Under the pieces are notes generated by a model. The model did no database searches. It worked only from the letters and a program-made list of their open reading frames with translations, and had not been told where the DNA came from. This document shows positions 51,007 to 61,654 of a DNA stretch of 64,000 nt, in pieces (position 1 is the first letter of the stretch; the number at the start of each line of letters is the position of its first letter). The stretch is from an uncultured cyanobacterium (GTDB lineage Bacteria; Cyanobacteriota; Cyanobacteriia; Cyanobacteriales; Nostocaceae), in contig CAVUDP010000002.1 in assembly GCA_963740315.1 (NCBI GenBank), positions 96,001-160,000 of the forward strand. The letters are read 5' to 3'. Both the position numbers and the translations under genes were made by a program.

Positions 51007-53649
51007 ATGAGCGATGAACCATCATCAAAATTTGAAAAACTTATCGCTACCCTACAGCAGAAATTAGAATTAACGGGTGTAGAAATTGCCGATATTTTAT
51101 GGTTAGCCCAGCAATATCAAACCACCACAGACAAAACTGTCATTGAAAGCACGAACGACGAAGCGATCGCAGTAATTGAAAAAGAAAAACCAGAAAATAC
51201 CACCACCGACACCCCAATAACTCCCGTTACTCCTCAACCACCAGAACCAAAAATAGAAGTATATGCTAAATCTAATCATTCTACTTCTAGTACTACTTCT
51301 GGTAACAGCATTGATATCAAAGTTCCCGATGCACCAGGGTTGCGTTTTCCTCTAAAATTAGCAAGAGCAATACGTCCTTTAATCCAAAAAATTGATTCGG
51401 AGACAGAATTTATTTTAGACGAAGCAGCCACTGCTAACCGGATTGCTAAAGATGGTATTCGCATTCCGGTTTTTCAACCCGCTCGGGAACCAGCATTTGA
51501 TTTGATGTTGGTGGTTGATCAAAGCAGTACAATGATTTTTTGGCGAAAAGCTATCCAAGAATTACAACAACTCCTCGAAGTACAAGGCGCTTTTCGAGAT
51601 GTGCAAGTTTGGGGATTATTAACTAATAAAGAAGAAATCTATCTACGACGGGGAATAGGTAAAACCGCTCGCAAACATCGTCCCTATCACCCCCGCTCTC
51701 TCGTCGATCCTAGCGGTAAGCGTTTAATTTTGGTAGCGAGCGATTGCATTACCGATATTTGGCATAATGGTAAAGCTTTTGCAATGCTCAAAGTTTGGAC
51801 AAAAAATCATCCCGTTGCCATTATCCAGATGTTACCTCAATGGCTGTGGCAAAGAACTGGATTGAGTTTAGGAGCAAAAGTCCAGTTTTCTACCTTAACC
51901 CCTAGAATAGCCAACCAAGATTTATTAATTAAAAAAATATTGCTCTGGGATGATATTAACTTTGCAACGGGAACCAAAATTCCTATATTCACCCTAGAAG
52001 AAGAATCCGCCAGAACTTGGAGTAAAATGATTGGAGGGAGAAGTGATGCTCATGTCACCGGATTTGTTTTCCCCGCTGATTTTACACCCTTTATACTACC
52101 CGAAGCAGATTCTCCAACACAAACAGCAGAAATAACATCCAACTTCCGTCGCACAGCTTCCCCAATGGCGCGAAAACTAGCCAGCTTATTATCTGCTGCA
52201 CCTATAATTACCTTACCAATTGTGCGGATAATTCAAGCTCAAATGCTCCCACAATCTCAACAAGTACACGTCGCAGAAGTCTTCTTGGGTGGGATAATTA
52301 AACGCAAACAACCAGTCAAAGCGAGGCATTTCAGCAATCCCAACAACTCCACTTCTAACGAGTCGGTAAGTACAGTCATTACGACGCAAGGAAGCAATCC
52401 CAATAACTCCACTTCTGATAATGAAATTACACCAGAAACAAACCCCGATGACATCGAATTTGATTTTATCAGCGAAGAAGTCCGAAATAATTTCCTTGAA
52501 GCTGCTCCCGTTAGCGACTCCTTAGAAATTATTGAGGTGATTTCTAAATACTTCGCCAAGAAACTCGGTAAAACCCTCTCAGAATTTAATGCTTTATTAA
52601 GGAAACCACAAATCAACGATGAAAATATAGAGAATATTAAACCTTTTGCGTTGTTGAGTGCCAAAGTTTTAAAGCGCTTGGGAGGAGATTACGTTCAGTT
52701 TGCAGAAGAAATCGAGCGAGATTGGGAAAACCAGAAATCAGAAAACACCGAAACAATCCCCTTAATTCCTTTCACCTTTGAAACCGTCACCGTCAACCGT
52801 CGCGGTGAAATCATCAACCGAGAAGCCAAAACCGCGCAATACTTCACCGAAAATATACCCCCCTCTCCTATCGTAAGGAGAGGGGATGGGAGTGAGGTTA
52901 TCCCTTTAGAAATGGTTTACATCCCCGGTGGTACATTTATGATGGGTAGCCCAGAAGGGGAAGGAAGAGACGATGAAAAACCCCAACATCAAGTCACGGT
53001 TCCAACTTTCTTCATGGGTAAATATCAAGTTACTCAGGAGCAGTGGAAAGCAGTTGCTAATTTACCCCAAGTTGATAAAGAATTAAAACCAGAGCCATCA
53101 AGATTCAAACCAGAAGACAACCAAAAAAATAATCTTCCTGTAGAGAAAGTTTCATGGTATGATGCAGAAGAGTTTTGCAAACGCCTATCAAAGCATACAG
53201 GTAAACAATATCGTCTTGCTTCTGAAGCAGAATGGGAATATGCCTGTCGTGCTGGTACTACAACACCGTTTCACTTTGGTGAAACAATTACTAGTGAATT
53301 AGCAAATTATCGTGCCAGTCGTACTTTTGCTGATGAATCTAAAGGAGAATACCGAGAGAAGACCGCATCAGTAGGACAATTCCCGCCAAATGCTTTTGGC
53401 TTGCATGATATGCATGGGAATGTCTATGAATGGTGTTGTGATACTTGGCATGAAAATTATGAAGGTGCGCCAAATGATGGTAGCTCGTGGATAGGTGACA
53501 GAAGTTACCAACGAGTGCGGCGCGGTGGTTCGTGGCTCAACTTTCCTGAGAATTGCCGTTCTGCCAATCGCTACTACTTCAATCCGGCCTACGATGACGT
53601 CCACAACGGTTTTCGGGTTGTGTGTGGTGTCTCCCCCCAGGACTCTTAG
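51007..53649 (+). CDS. vWA-like (SAV_2336-type) protein with C-terminal FGE-sulfatase/C-type-lectin-fold domain; DGR target
   Basis: EIADILWLA, LVVDQSSTMIFW, LVASDC; FMMGS, RLASEAEWEYACRAG, GLHDMHGNVYEWC, RRGGSW...GFRVVC. Confidence 0.9.
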   Translation: MSDEPSSKFEKLIATLQQKLELTGVEIADILWLAQQYQTTTDKTVIESTNDEAIAVIEKEKPENTTTDTPITPVTPQPPEPKIEVYAKSNHSTSSTTSGNSIDIKVPDAPGLRFPLKLARAIRPLIQKIDSETEFILDEAATANRIAKDGIRIPVFQPAREPAFDLMLVVDQSSTMIFWRKAIQELQQLLEVQGAFRDVQVWGLLTNKEEIYLRRGIGKTARKHRPYHPRSLVDPSGKRLILVASDCITDIWHNGKAFAMLKVWTKNHPVAIIQMLPQWLWQRTGLSLGAKVQFSTLTPRIANQDLLIKKILLWDDINFATGTKIPIFTLEEESARTWSKMIGGRSDAHVTGFVFPADFTPFILPEADSPTQTAEITSNFRRTASPMARKLASLLSAAPIITLPIVRIIQAQMLPQSQQVHVAEVFLGGIIKRKQPVKARHFSNPNNSTSNESVSTVITTQGSNPNNSTSDNEITPETNPDDIEFDFISEEVRNNFLEAAPVSDSLEIIEVISKYFAKKLGKTLSEFNALLRKPQINDENIENIKPFALLSAKVLKRLGGDYVQFAEEIERDWENQKSENTETIPLIPFTFETVTVNRRGEIINREAKTAQYFTENIPPSPIVRRGDGSEVIPLEMVYIPGGTFMMGSPEGEGRDDEKPQHQVTVPTFFMGKYQVTQEQWKAVANLPQVDKELKPEPSRFKPEDNQKNNLPVEKVSWYDAEEFCKRLSKHTGKQYRLASEAEWEYACRAGTTTPFHFGETITSELANYRASRTFADESKGEYREKTASVGQFPPNAFGLHDMHGNVYEWCCDTWHENYEGAPNDGSSWIGDRSYQRVRRGGSWLNFPENCRSANRYYFNPAYDDVHNGFRVVCGVSPQDS

Positions 53650-53984
53650 CCCTTTTCACTCTAGCCCTTTAGCCCTTTGCTCTTTTATTCTTTACCCTTT
53701 GTTAAGCGTAGTGAAACGGAGCAATCAAATTATTTTTTTGTAAATTGAGTTTTGAGGTTTTTGCCAGTTTGATAGTTTTTCTATCATGATTAATATAACA
53801 TATTCTACATAAGGAAAGCAAGAATATATTTGTATTATTTGTAGGGTGTGTTACGGCTAAGCAAAGATTTGAGAAGAAGTGATAATTGGAAATTTGCCGT
53901 AACGCACCATCTGTTGTTTGGTGGGTTAGACCCATTCAAGTTATCGTTATATATATTAGTGCGTCTAACACATCCGATAAGAGA

Positions 53985-54347
53985 ATGTCACAATTGCGAG
54001 AATTGCCAATAATCCAGAAGACATACGATTTGATCCAATGGTACGTTCCTATATTGAATCGTCTACCCAAAGTACATAAATTTACATTGGCAGATCGGAT
54101 GACTAATAAACTATATGATTTATTAGAGAATTTAATTATCGCTCGTTATGCCCAAAATAAATTGACTAGATTAGAATCATTAAATAGTCAATTAGATATT
54201 CTACGTTATCAAACCCGACTTTTGCTAGATTTTAAACTAATTGCAGCCCATCGTTACGAATATGCAATCAAATTAATCAACGAAATTGGTATAGAATTGG
54301 GCGGTTGGATTAAACAGCAAAGCAAGCAAGAGTATTTTAAAAACTAG
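53985..54347 (+). CDS. avd: DGR accessory variability determinant (four-helix bundle)
   Basis: ELPIIQKTYDLIQWYVPILNRLPKVHKFTLADR...LDILRYQTRLL...EIGIELGGWIK; ATG at 53985. Confidence 0.9.
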   Translation: MSQLRELPIIQKTYDLIQWYVPILNRLPKVHKFTLADRMTNKLYDLLENLIIARYAQNKLTRLESLNSQLDILRYQTRLLLDFKLIAAHRYEYAIKLINEIGIELGGWIKQQSKQEYFKN

Positions 54348-54382
54348 AATAAATAATAATTGTATAAAATTAGCCATATATT

Positions 54383-54487
54383 GTCATTGCGAGCGTAATG
54401 AAATGAAGCGAAGCAATCGCAATCATTAAGCTTTGCGATTGCTATGTCCTATCGGACACGCTCCGCTAACACTTCGCTCGCAATGAC
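54383..54487. repeat. palindromic dispersed element between avd and RT
   Basis: GTCATTGCGAGCG...CGCTCGCAATGAC terminal inverted repeat, internal GCAATCGCAA/TTGCGATTGC. Confidence 0.75.
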
Positions 54488-54520
54488 GGTTATTTCTACG
54501 GACATTATATAAGCACAGAG

Positions 54521-54661
54521 ATGAAACGCCACGGTAACATTTATCCGCAAATTATAGACTTTGAAAATATATTATTAGCAGCGAGAAAAGCACAAAAAGG
54601 TAAGCGTTTTCGGGATAACGTTTTAGAGTTTAATCCAATTATCGTCTCAAATTTTTTCTAG
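54521..54661 (+). pseudogene. DGR reverse transcriptase, N-terminal remnant
   Basis: [38 protein letters not shown], typical DGR-RT start, then unrelated sequence and stop; no YxDD motif found downstream. Confidence 0.85.
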
Positions 54662-55263
54662 AGCAGGTGAAGATACAGCCGAATTTTTAAATTATTAAGA
54701 TAGCTGGTGCAAGATATGATTTTCCCTTGGGTTGATATCAAGCTTCAAAAATCAACCTCTAATAATCAAAACTTAATATCAATCCCCCATCTATTAAACT
54801 TTTGTATTCATATTCCGTTACAATCCCTTTACTCAAGTTTACAAAATAATTTTATTGACGCTATTCTCAATAATTTTACGAGATTACAAGACTTTGCGCC
54901 AAAACATGATATTGTTATTCTCAGCGAAGCAGTTTATCCACTTTTCAAATATTTGCCATTTATCAATCAACTAACTTGATAAAAAGCAGCAATCAAGCCG
55001 TCACTTGTATTATTAATGTGCTACAGGTTGAAAAAATCGGGAATAACTCAGGATGTTCATGTGAAATGTTGTAAAGTTGGCTGTAATTAAAAGTACTGAA
55101 AAGAGCCTCTTAATATACTGACATTGACAAAAAATATCTTTTGATATCTATTTGCGAACAAATAATGATTAGATAGATGATGCGCGATCGCAGTATTTAT
55201 GCTTTGCTTTTTAGAAGGAATATATATAGTTGTTTTAAGTTAGGAAATTTTGGGGAATAAATT

Positions 55264-55899
55264 ATGATTGTTGTTCATCATCTAAATAATTCGCGTTCGC
55301 AACGGATATTATGGCTGCTGGAAGAATTGGGTGTCGATTACGAAATTAAGCATTACCAACGCGATGCCACAACAATGCTTGCACCACCATCTTTGTACGA
55401 AGTTCATCCGTTGGGAAAGTCGCCAGTAATTACAGATGCAGCAAGAACAATTGCCGAATCGGGTGCGATCGTTGAATATATAGTTAGTCGCTACGGTAAC
55501 GGTAAATTAGTTCCAGCAGTTGAGACACCGGAACACCTACGCTACACATATTGGCTGCATTATGCTGAGGGTTCTGCAATGCCACCGTTGCTTCTTAATT
55601 TGATTTTTAACCTTTTTGAAATTAAGGATAGCAGTGCGATGGATGGATTTATCGCACCTCAAATTAAACTGCACTTTGATTATATAGAAGACGAGTTGAG
55701 TAAGAGTACCTGGTTTGTGGGTGAGGAATTCACCGCTGCCGATATTCAAATGAGCTTTCCTTTAGAATTGCTCGCCAATGTTCCACAACAGGTTGAAAGC
55801 CGACCAAATATTAAAGATTTTTTGAAACGCATTCACGAACTACCGAATTACAAACGCGGACTTGAAAAGGGAGGTGAATACGATTTCGCACTCCAGTAA
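55264..55899 (+). CDS. glutathione S-transferase
   Basis: HHLNNSRSQRILWLLEELG, HPLGKSP, AESGAI, FTAADIQMSF. Confidence 0.95.
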   Translation: MIVVHHLNNSRSQRILWLLEELGVDYEIKHYQRDATTMLAPPSLYEVHPLGKSPVITDAARTIAESGAIVEYIVSRYGNGKLVPAVETPEHLRYTYWLHYAEGSAMPPLLLNLIFNLFEIKDSSAMDGFIAPQIKLHFDYIEDELSKSTWFVGEEFTAADIQMSFPLELLANVPQQVESRPNIKDFLKRIHELPNYKRGLEKGGEYDFALQ

Positions 55900-55943
55900 T
55901 TAATAACAGGACGATATATCCTTATCCCTTATCTATATCTATA

Positions 55944-57130
55944 GGTTGTTAATTTACAAAAGTGAAGTAGATAAGGATTAAAGGTTATTCAAAATATAGT
56001 TTCAATTTTTATTTTGTTTTCAAGGAAAAATTTTTTAAAAGATGCTCGCGACATGGGATAATAAGGTTATGAGCTTGATAATATTATAATGGGATGGTTG
56101 TCAAATTTTTAAAGCGAGCCGCATCCCATTATAATTAATACTCTCTAAAAATAATAGTACCACGAAAGCGTCACTCTTAACAAAAAAAACGCACCTTTTT
56201 TATAACTTAAAATCAATTTTTTCCTTTATAGGACTTACGCAACTGGCATATTTTTCTCGTAGGGTGCTGTAAGACTTTGAATCGATTTGAACATAGTTAT
56301 AACCAATAAAACAAATTAGTGTCACGCACCAACAGGACTGAAGTGACGATTGCGGCCATTCCTGCTTTATTATAAATTATGGTTGTTAATTTACCGGGCG
56401 TTTTCCATCTTAGTCGATCGCAAAAGTGAAGTAGATAAGCATAAAAGGTTATTCAAAATATCATTTCAATTTTTATTTTGTTTTCAAATAAATTTTTTTA
56501 AAAGATGCTCGCGACATGGGATAATAAAGTTATGAGCTTGATAATATTATAATGGGATGGTTGTCAAATTTTTAAAGCGAGCCCCATTCCATTATAATTA
56601 ATACTCTTTAAAAATAAAAATACCATGAAAGCGTTACTTTTAACAAAAAAAACGCAATCTTTTATAGCTCGAAATCAATTTTTTCCTTTATAGGACTTAC
56701 GCAACTGGCATATTTTTCTCGTAGGGTGCTTGTACACTGATTGCTTTGAACGTAGTTATAACCAATAAGAGTGTCACGTACCAACAAAACATTGTGACGA
56801 TTGCGGTCATTCCTGCTTTATTATAAATAATGCTTGTTAATTTACTGGGTGTTTTGAATCTCGGCGATCGCAAAAGTGAAGTAGATAAGGAGCAAACATT
56901 ATTCAAAATATCATTTCAATTTTTATTTTGTTTTTAAATAAAAAATTTTTCATCATATGCTCATGACATGGGATAATAAGGTTATGAGCTTGATAATATT
57001 ATAATGGGATGGTAGTCAAATTTTTAAGACGAACGCTATTCCATTATAATTAATACTCTTTAAAAATAATAATACCATGAAAGCGTTACTTTTAATAAAA
57101 AAATCGATTTTTAATAGCTTGAAATCAATT
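55944..57130 (+). repeat. three diverged ~455 bp non-coding units, each with a conserved hairpin
   Basis: CAAAAGTGAAGTAGATAAG at 55957, 56421, 56871; shared core with TTATAATGGGATG...C(C/T)ATT/CCCATTATAA-type stem. Confidence 0.9.
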
Positions 57131-57275
57131 ATTAAGTGATTAAAAATACATAAAAATCAAAAAGTAAGTATTTATTTGCAGAAAAGCCGTGGGTTATATC
57201 AACTGTATGTGCGATCGAGGGAACATTAAATAGTTTAAGTATAAGGATTGAATAGATTATAGAATTTGATATTGA

Positions 57276-58280
57276 TTATCGTTCCAGAATTTTCCTAGCT
57301 TGTGTTTCGACATTCTCAGATGTAGTTTCAATTAAAGTGTATGTGACGGTTAAATCCATCTTTTCGCCAACTTGCAGCGTTTTGAGGGGACTGAGGAATT
57401 CTAATTCAACGTAAGCTTTTGGATCGTAATTGGTGTAAATTTCAGCGCTACTATTATTGTCGGGATAAATTACTTTATCTATTCTAGGTGAATCCATGCG
57501 AACTAAGGTTTTTTCACCTACCCATAATAATGTACTCGCATCGCTGCCGATTTTATGAGCTTTATTGCGATCGCGTTTTAAGGATAAAATACCGTTATCT
57601 ATTTTCAAGTTAGCTGGGTTATCTTCAGATTGCTGATTGTAACCTTGAGGGAAAATCGAATTTTGGGGTATTGCTGCGTAAACCGAAACTGGTTCATTTA
57701 ACTGTGTAATCGTCCAAACAGAGACTTGTTGTGCATCACCTTTAACTTTTTCAAAAGTGGTGGTGACTTTCATAATTGGTTTATTTGGTTCAAGGGTGAT
57801 TTTACGATAGAATCTAATTCCATAGAATGGGTCAATATCAGAAATTAACGTTAATTCGTTTTTTTGGACTTGTATTTTAAGTGGTACGGAATCAAATGTA
57901 GCAGGTGGTGGCCAACTAATTTTTGTAATTTTTTCCCATTCAGATTGTGGTGCTGGCCAAGTTTTATCACCACCGAAGTTATCCCATTCTTCAGATTTGG
58001 TATTAGGTACTTTACCGTATATCTGGGAATTTTCCCAAAATGTATTTTCTCCACCAAGTAAGCGAAATTGCATTATTCTTCCAATTGCTGGAACTATAAT
58101 TGCTTCTACCTGGGAGTTACTTAAAATATAAGAATTTTCCCAGCCTTGATAATTGGTTTTTGTAACTGTAATTTTTTCTGACATATTGGTGGTTACGGTT
58201 AAATAATAAATTCCTGCTAAAAATAATCCCAAACAAAACAATAATAACTGTTTAGGCTTGATATGACTCAGAATATTCAT
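57276..58280 (-). CDS. DUF4380 / aldose-epimerase-like protein
   Basis: IVPAIGRIMQF, NFGGDKTWPAPQ, YVELEFLSP. Confidence 0.7.
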   Translation of the reverse strand: MNILSHIKPKQLLLFCLGLFLAGIYYLTVTTNMSEKITVTKTNYQGWENSYILSNSQVEAIIVPAIGRIMQFRLLGGENTFWENSQIYGKVPNTKSEEWDNFGGDKTWPAPQSEWEKITKISWPPPATFDSVPLKIQVQKNELTLISDIDPFYGIRFYRKITLEPNKPIMKVTTTFEKVKGDAQQVSVWTITQLNEPVSVYAAIPQNSIFPQGYNQQSEDNPANLKIDNGILSLKRDRNKAHKIGSDASTLLWVGEKTLVRMDSPRIDKVIYPDNNSSAEIYTNYDPKAYVELEFLSPLKTLQVGEKMDLTVTYTLIETTSENVETQARKILER

Positions 58281-58527
58281 TTTTTCGATTTTATTTAAAT
58301 TGAAAAATATAATTGATTTATAATAGGCAGATTTTGGGTAATTAAAATCACGTTATAACTGTAAAAGCAGTATTTTTATTGAGAAAAGACCAATGTTATA
58401 TCAATGGTGATTGTGATAAATAAACAGAGATATTAAGTATCTTACTTGAAAAACCTTTTAGATAAAAGCAATGAGATTATTAACGAGGGTGTTGCTTTAC
58501 TTGATTTATTTTTAATTGTCTTTTCCT

Positions 58528-59460
58528 CTACTTCGAGAGCTGTATTCCTGGAATATTTAATGGAATTTTATAAACGCTATTACCTGCGGTGATGTAAAGT
58601 GTTTTATAATTTTTATTACCCCAAGCTAAATTTGTGGCTTTTTCAGGAACGTTAATTTTGTCGAGAAGTTGACCTGTTGGAGAAAAAATCCAAACACCTC
58701 CAGATCCCGTACAATAGATATTGCCTAAAAGATCGACTTTCATACCATCGGGTACACCTTTATCTGTGGAGCCGGGTAATTCTGCAAATACTCTACCTTT
58801 GCTTAAAGTGCCATCTGGTTTAACGTCAAAAACTTGGATATGTAATTTTTCGGAATCACTTACATATAATTTTTTTTCATCGGGAGAGAAAGCGATTCCA
58901 TTTGGACGAATCATTTCTTTATTCAACAAAGTTAGATTTCCACTTGGTTCCCAACGATAGATACCATAAAATCCTAATTCTTCCTGTTCAAAGTTGATTC
59001 CGTAAGGTGGATCGGTAAAATAAATACTACCATCAGACTTAACTACAACATCATTGGGACTATTAAGACGTTTATCTTTATATCGTTCTGCCAAAACAGT
59101 AATTTTACCATCTTTTTCTGTACGTGTGAGTTTGCGGTTATGTTGAGCGCTAATTAACCGTCCTTGATTATCATAAGTGTTACCATTGGTATTTCCAGAA
59201 GGACGACGAAATACGGCTATGTTATCTTTAGTATTCCATTTATAAATAGTATCTGCTGGAATATCGCTGAAAAGTAAAAAGCCACTGGGATTCCAAACAG
59301 CACCTTCGGTAAATTTGAATCCATCGAATAACTTTTCTAGTTTGGCATTATCATCGACAATATCTGATGTTTTAGCATTGGTATTGCCGCAGCTTTGCTG
59401 TAAACTTAAGAAAGCTAAGAGTAAACTGTATGCAGCTATTCGTAAAGTATTTTTGTTCAT
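58528..59460 (-). CDS. SMP-30/gluconolactonase family lipoprotein
   Basis: FTEGAVW, LFSDIP, LNSPND, YFTDPPYG, PNGIAFSPD, PDGMKVD. Confidence 0.93.
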   Translation of the reverse strand: MNKNTLRIAAYSLLLAFLSLQQSCGNTNAKTSDIVDDNAKLEKLFDGFKFTEGAVWNPSGFLLFSDIPADTIYKWNTKDNIAVFRRPSGNTNGNTYDNQGRLISAQHNRKLTRTEKDGKITVLAERYKDKRLNSPNDVVVKSDGSIYFTDPPYGINFEQEELGFYGIYRWEPSGNLTLLNKEMIRPNGIAFSPDEKKLYVSDSEKLHIQVFDVKPDGTLSKGRVFAELPGSTDKGVPDGMKVDLLGNIYCTGSGGVWIFSPTGQLLDKINVPEKATNLAWGNKNYKTLYITAGNSVYKIPLNIPGIQLSK

Positions 59461-59865
59461 TATTTTTATTCTCCCAAATGTAAGCTAATAGAAATTAAAT
59501 AGCGCTTGATTAACAGAAACGAGTTTTCTTCGTTTTCCCGCTTCATCTTTTACTTTCTTCCCGGCTCTACGATTACCGATTAATAAACCCTTCTAGACGC
59601 GAGACGCGCAGAGGAAAGAAGTAAACAGAGGTATGTAATTTTAGAGCGGGAAGGGAGTAATTAATTTTAATAATTTATCGATCGAGATTTTTTTAACCGA
59701 TACCATATCTGACGTTGTGCGATCGCGAATATTTTCGTTGTTCATAGCGCTACATTATGTAATGGCAGCCCAAAGCCCAATTATAAATACCCTACCATCT
59801 TCATATATTAAACTGTTCCTATATATCCTTTCCGATTGCTGCTTCTATAGTGAAAAATAGAATAT

Positions 59866-61125
59866 ATGGTGTATTCACTAAAAATAGATAAATTATCATT
59901 AGCTGAGATTAAAACCGTGATGGGAGCAGGATTACAAATTAATTGGGTTGTGGCAACGTATGCTATGCAGTTTGTGGCTTGGGGATTTCTCTCAATTTTG
60001 ATTGCTGAGGTGATTCGAGATAGCTATCATGCTGCTTGCCATCACGTACAATGGTTATCTAAATGGCATAACAAACATCATCAGGTATACAAGCGGGATT
60101 TATCGATCATTTCTCTGGAAGCTTATAAGGATTCTCAGCTTTATCACGATATTGTTGAATCGATATTGCTACTAGTTATAATCAGCGCGATCGCAATTGT
60201 TTTTCACCCGGTAGGTTTGTGGTTGGGTGTGCTTTACGCTGCGACTTTTCTTTATGGTGCGTCGTTAAGATATTTTTTAGGTAAAGTTGAAACCGACTAT
60301 ACTCATAAACCGGGAGCTTTATCCGTTATTCCTTCAACGTGGTGGGTAAATCGTACTTACCACTGGCGGCATCATTTTGATGACGTAAACGCTTATTATA
60401 GTGGTGTATTTCCCTTGGTAGATAAAATTTTGGGTACGGCACTTTCACTAAAAGGTAAAACCGTTGCGATAACCGGAGCATCCGGTACATTAGGACAAGC
60501 TTTAACAACCGAGTTGATTGCTAATAACGCCAAAGTTGTGGCATTAACTACCAATCCCGAAAAAATTGTTGAACAACCCAAACTAAGTGTAATACCTTGG
60601 GAATCGGGTAAAGAAGAAGAATTGCGATCGCGCTTACAAAAAGTTGATATTTTAATTATTAACCACGGCATAAATGTTCATGGTAGCCGCACATCCTCCG
60701 ATATTAATAAATCCTTTGAAGTAAATGCATTTTCAGCGGTAAGATTAATGGACGTATTTTTCTCTACCGTTACGGGTGCGAATGATAAAGCGACAAAGGA
60801 AATTTGGATCAATACCTCGGAAGCGGAAGTTTCACCAGCTTTAAGTCCGTTATACGAATTGAGTAAAAGAACGTTAGGGAATATAATTACGTTAAAACGG
60901 TTAGATTCCCCTTGTACGATTCGTAAGTTGATATTGGGACCATTTAAAAGTCAGTTAAATCCTTATGGAGTGATGTCAGCGCGGCAAGTTGCGAAAGGGA
61001 TTGTATTTTTAGCTCGGAGAGATTTTCGCAATATTATCGTTACCATTAATCCTTTGACGTATATATTCTTTCCCATTAAAGAATTGAGTACCTGGTTGTA
61101 TTTCGTGGTTTTTAGTAAGAAATAG
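59866..61125 (+). CDS. bifunctional sterol-desaturase-like / short-chain dehydrogenase
   Basis: His boxes HNKHH, HWRHH; TGASGTLG; INHGIN; YELSK. Confidence 0.88.
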   Translation: MVYSLKIDKLSLAEIKTVMGAGLQINWVVATYAMQFVAWGFLSILIAEVIRDSYHAACHHVQWLSKWHNKHHQVYKRDLSIISLEAYKDSQLYHDIVESILLLVIISAIAIVFHPVGLWLGVLYAATFLYGASLRYFLGKVETDYTHKPGALSVIPSTWWVNRTYHWRHHFDDVNAYYSGVFPLVDKILGTALSLKGKTVAITGASGTLGQALTTELIANNAKVVALTTNPEKIVEQPKLSVIPWESGKEEELRSRLQKVDILIINHGINVHGSRTSSDINKSFEVNAFSAVRLMDVFFSTVTGANDKATKEIWINTSEAEVSPALSPLYELSKRTLGNIITLKRLDSPCTIRKLILGPFKSQLNPYGVMSARQVAKGIVFLARRDFRNIIVTINPLTYIFFPIKELSTWLYFVVFSKK

Positions 61126-61654
61126 GAATTGGGGATTGGGGATTGGGATAATCCACCAGAAGTAATCTCCCGTCTAATAATGAATTCCCAGGAACTTATA
61201 GCCAAAGTCCGATCGATTTCACATCTTGCACCATTCTCAAAACCCCCTTGGAATAAATTCCCAGAACCCATAGCAAAGTCGTCTAAAGACGACTGAGGAG
61301 CAAATAAGAGTGCGTTTTAACTGGTTCCCAGTCTCTGGCTGGGAACCCATTACTAAAGGCTCCGCCTCAAATGCAGATTACTCCTATCCCGCTCCCGATT
61401 GTCTCTCTTACCTCTTTTCTCAGCGCTCTCTGCGTCTAGTAAGGTTTTTTAAAATCAGTAATTTTCTGCGAGAAGAGATTAGCATCCGATCTTCCTAAAT
61501 TTATCTCCTTAGAGGGATTTTATTTTTTAAGCATCTATGTAAAAATCTTCAAGTGCAAATTTTATCTGATACCTCATTACTGCATAACTAGCAACTTGGG
61601 TCATCTATTATAAATATATAGATATAGTACTTAAATATAAAAACATAGAAGGCG

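Noticed and set aside
54707..54979. Continuation of the reverse transcriptase
   Set aside because: No RT motifs recognised; looks like an unrelated gene fragment at the deletion junction and is left unassigned
53650..55260. DGR template repeat near avd/RT
   Set aside because: No AAC-rich copy of either VR (no GGTTC.TGG...GGTTTTCGGGTT anchors) found by eye here or elsewhere in the window
55990..56056. Minus-strand small ORF MSRASFKK in the triplicated unit
   Set aside because: Reading frame is not conserved between copies because of indels in the A/T runs
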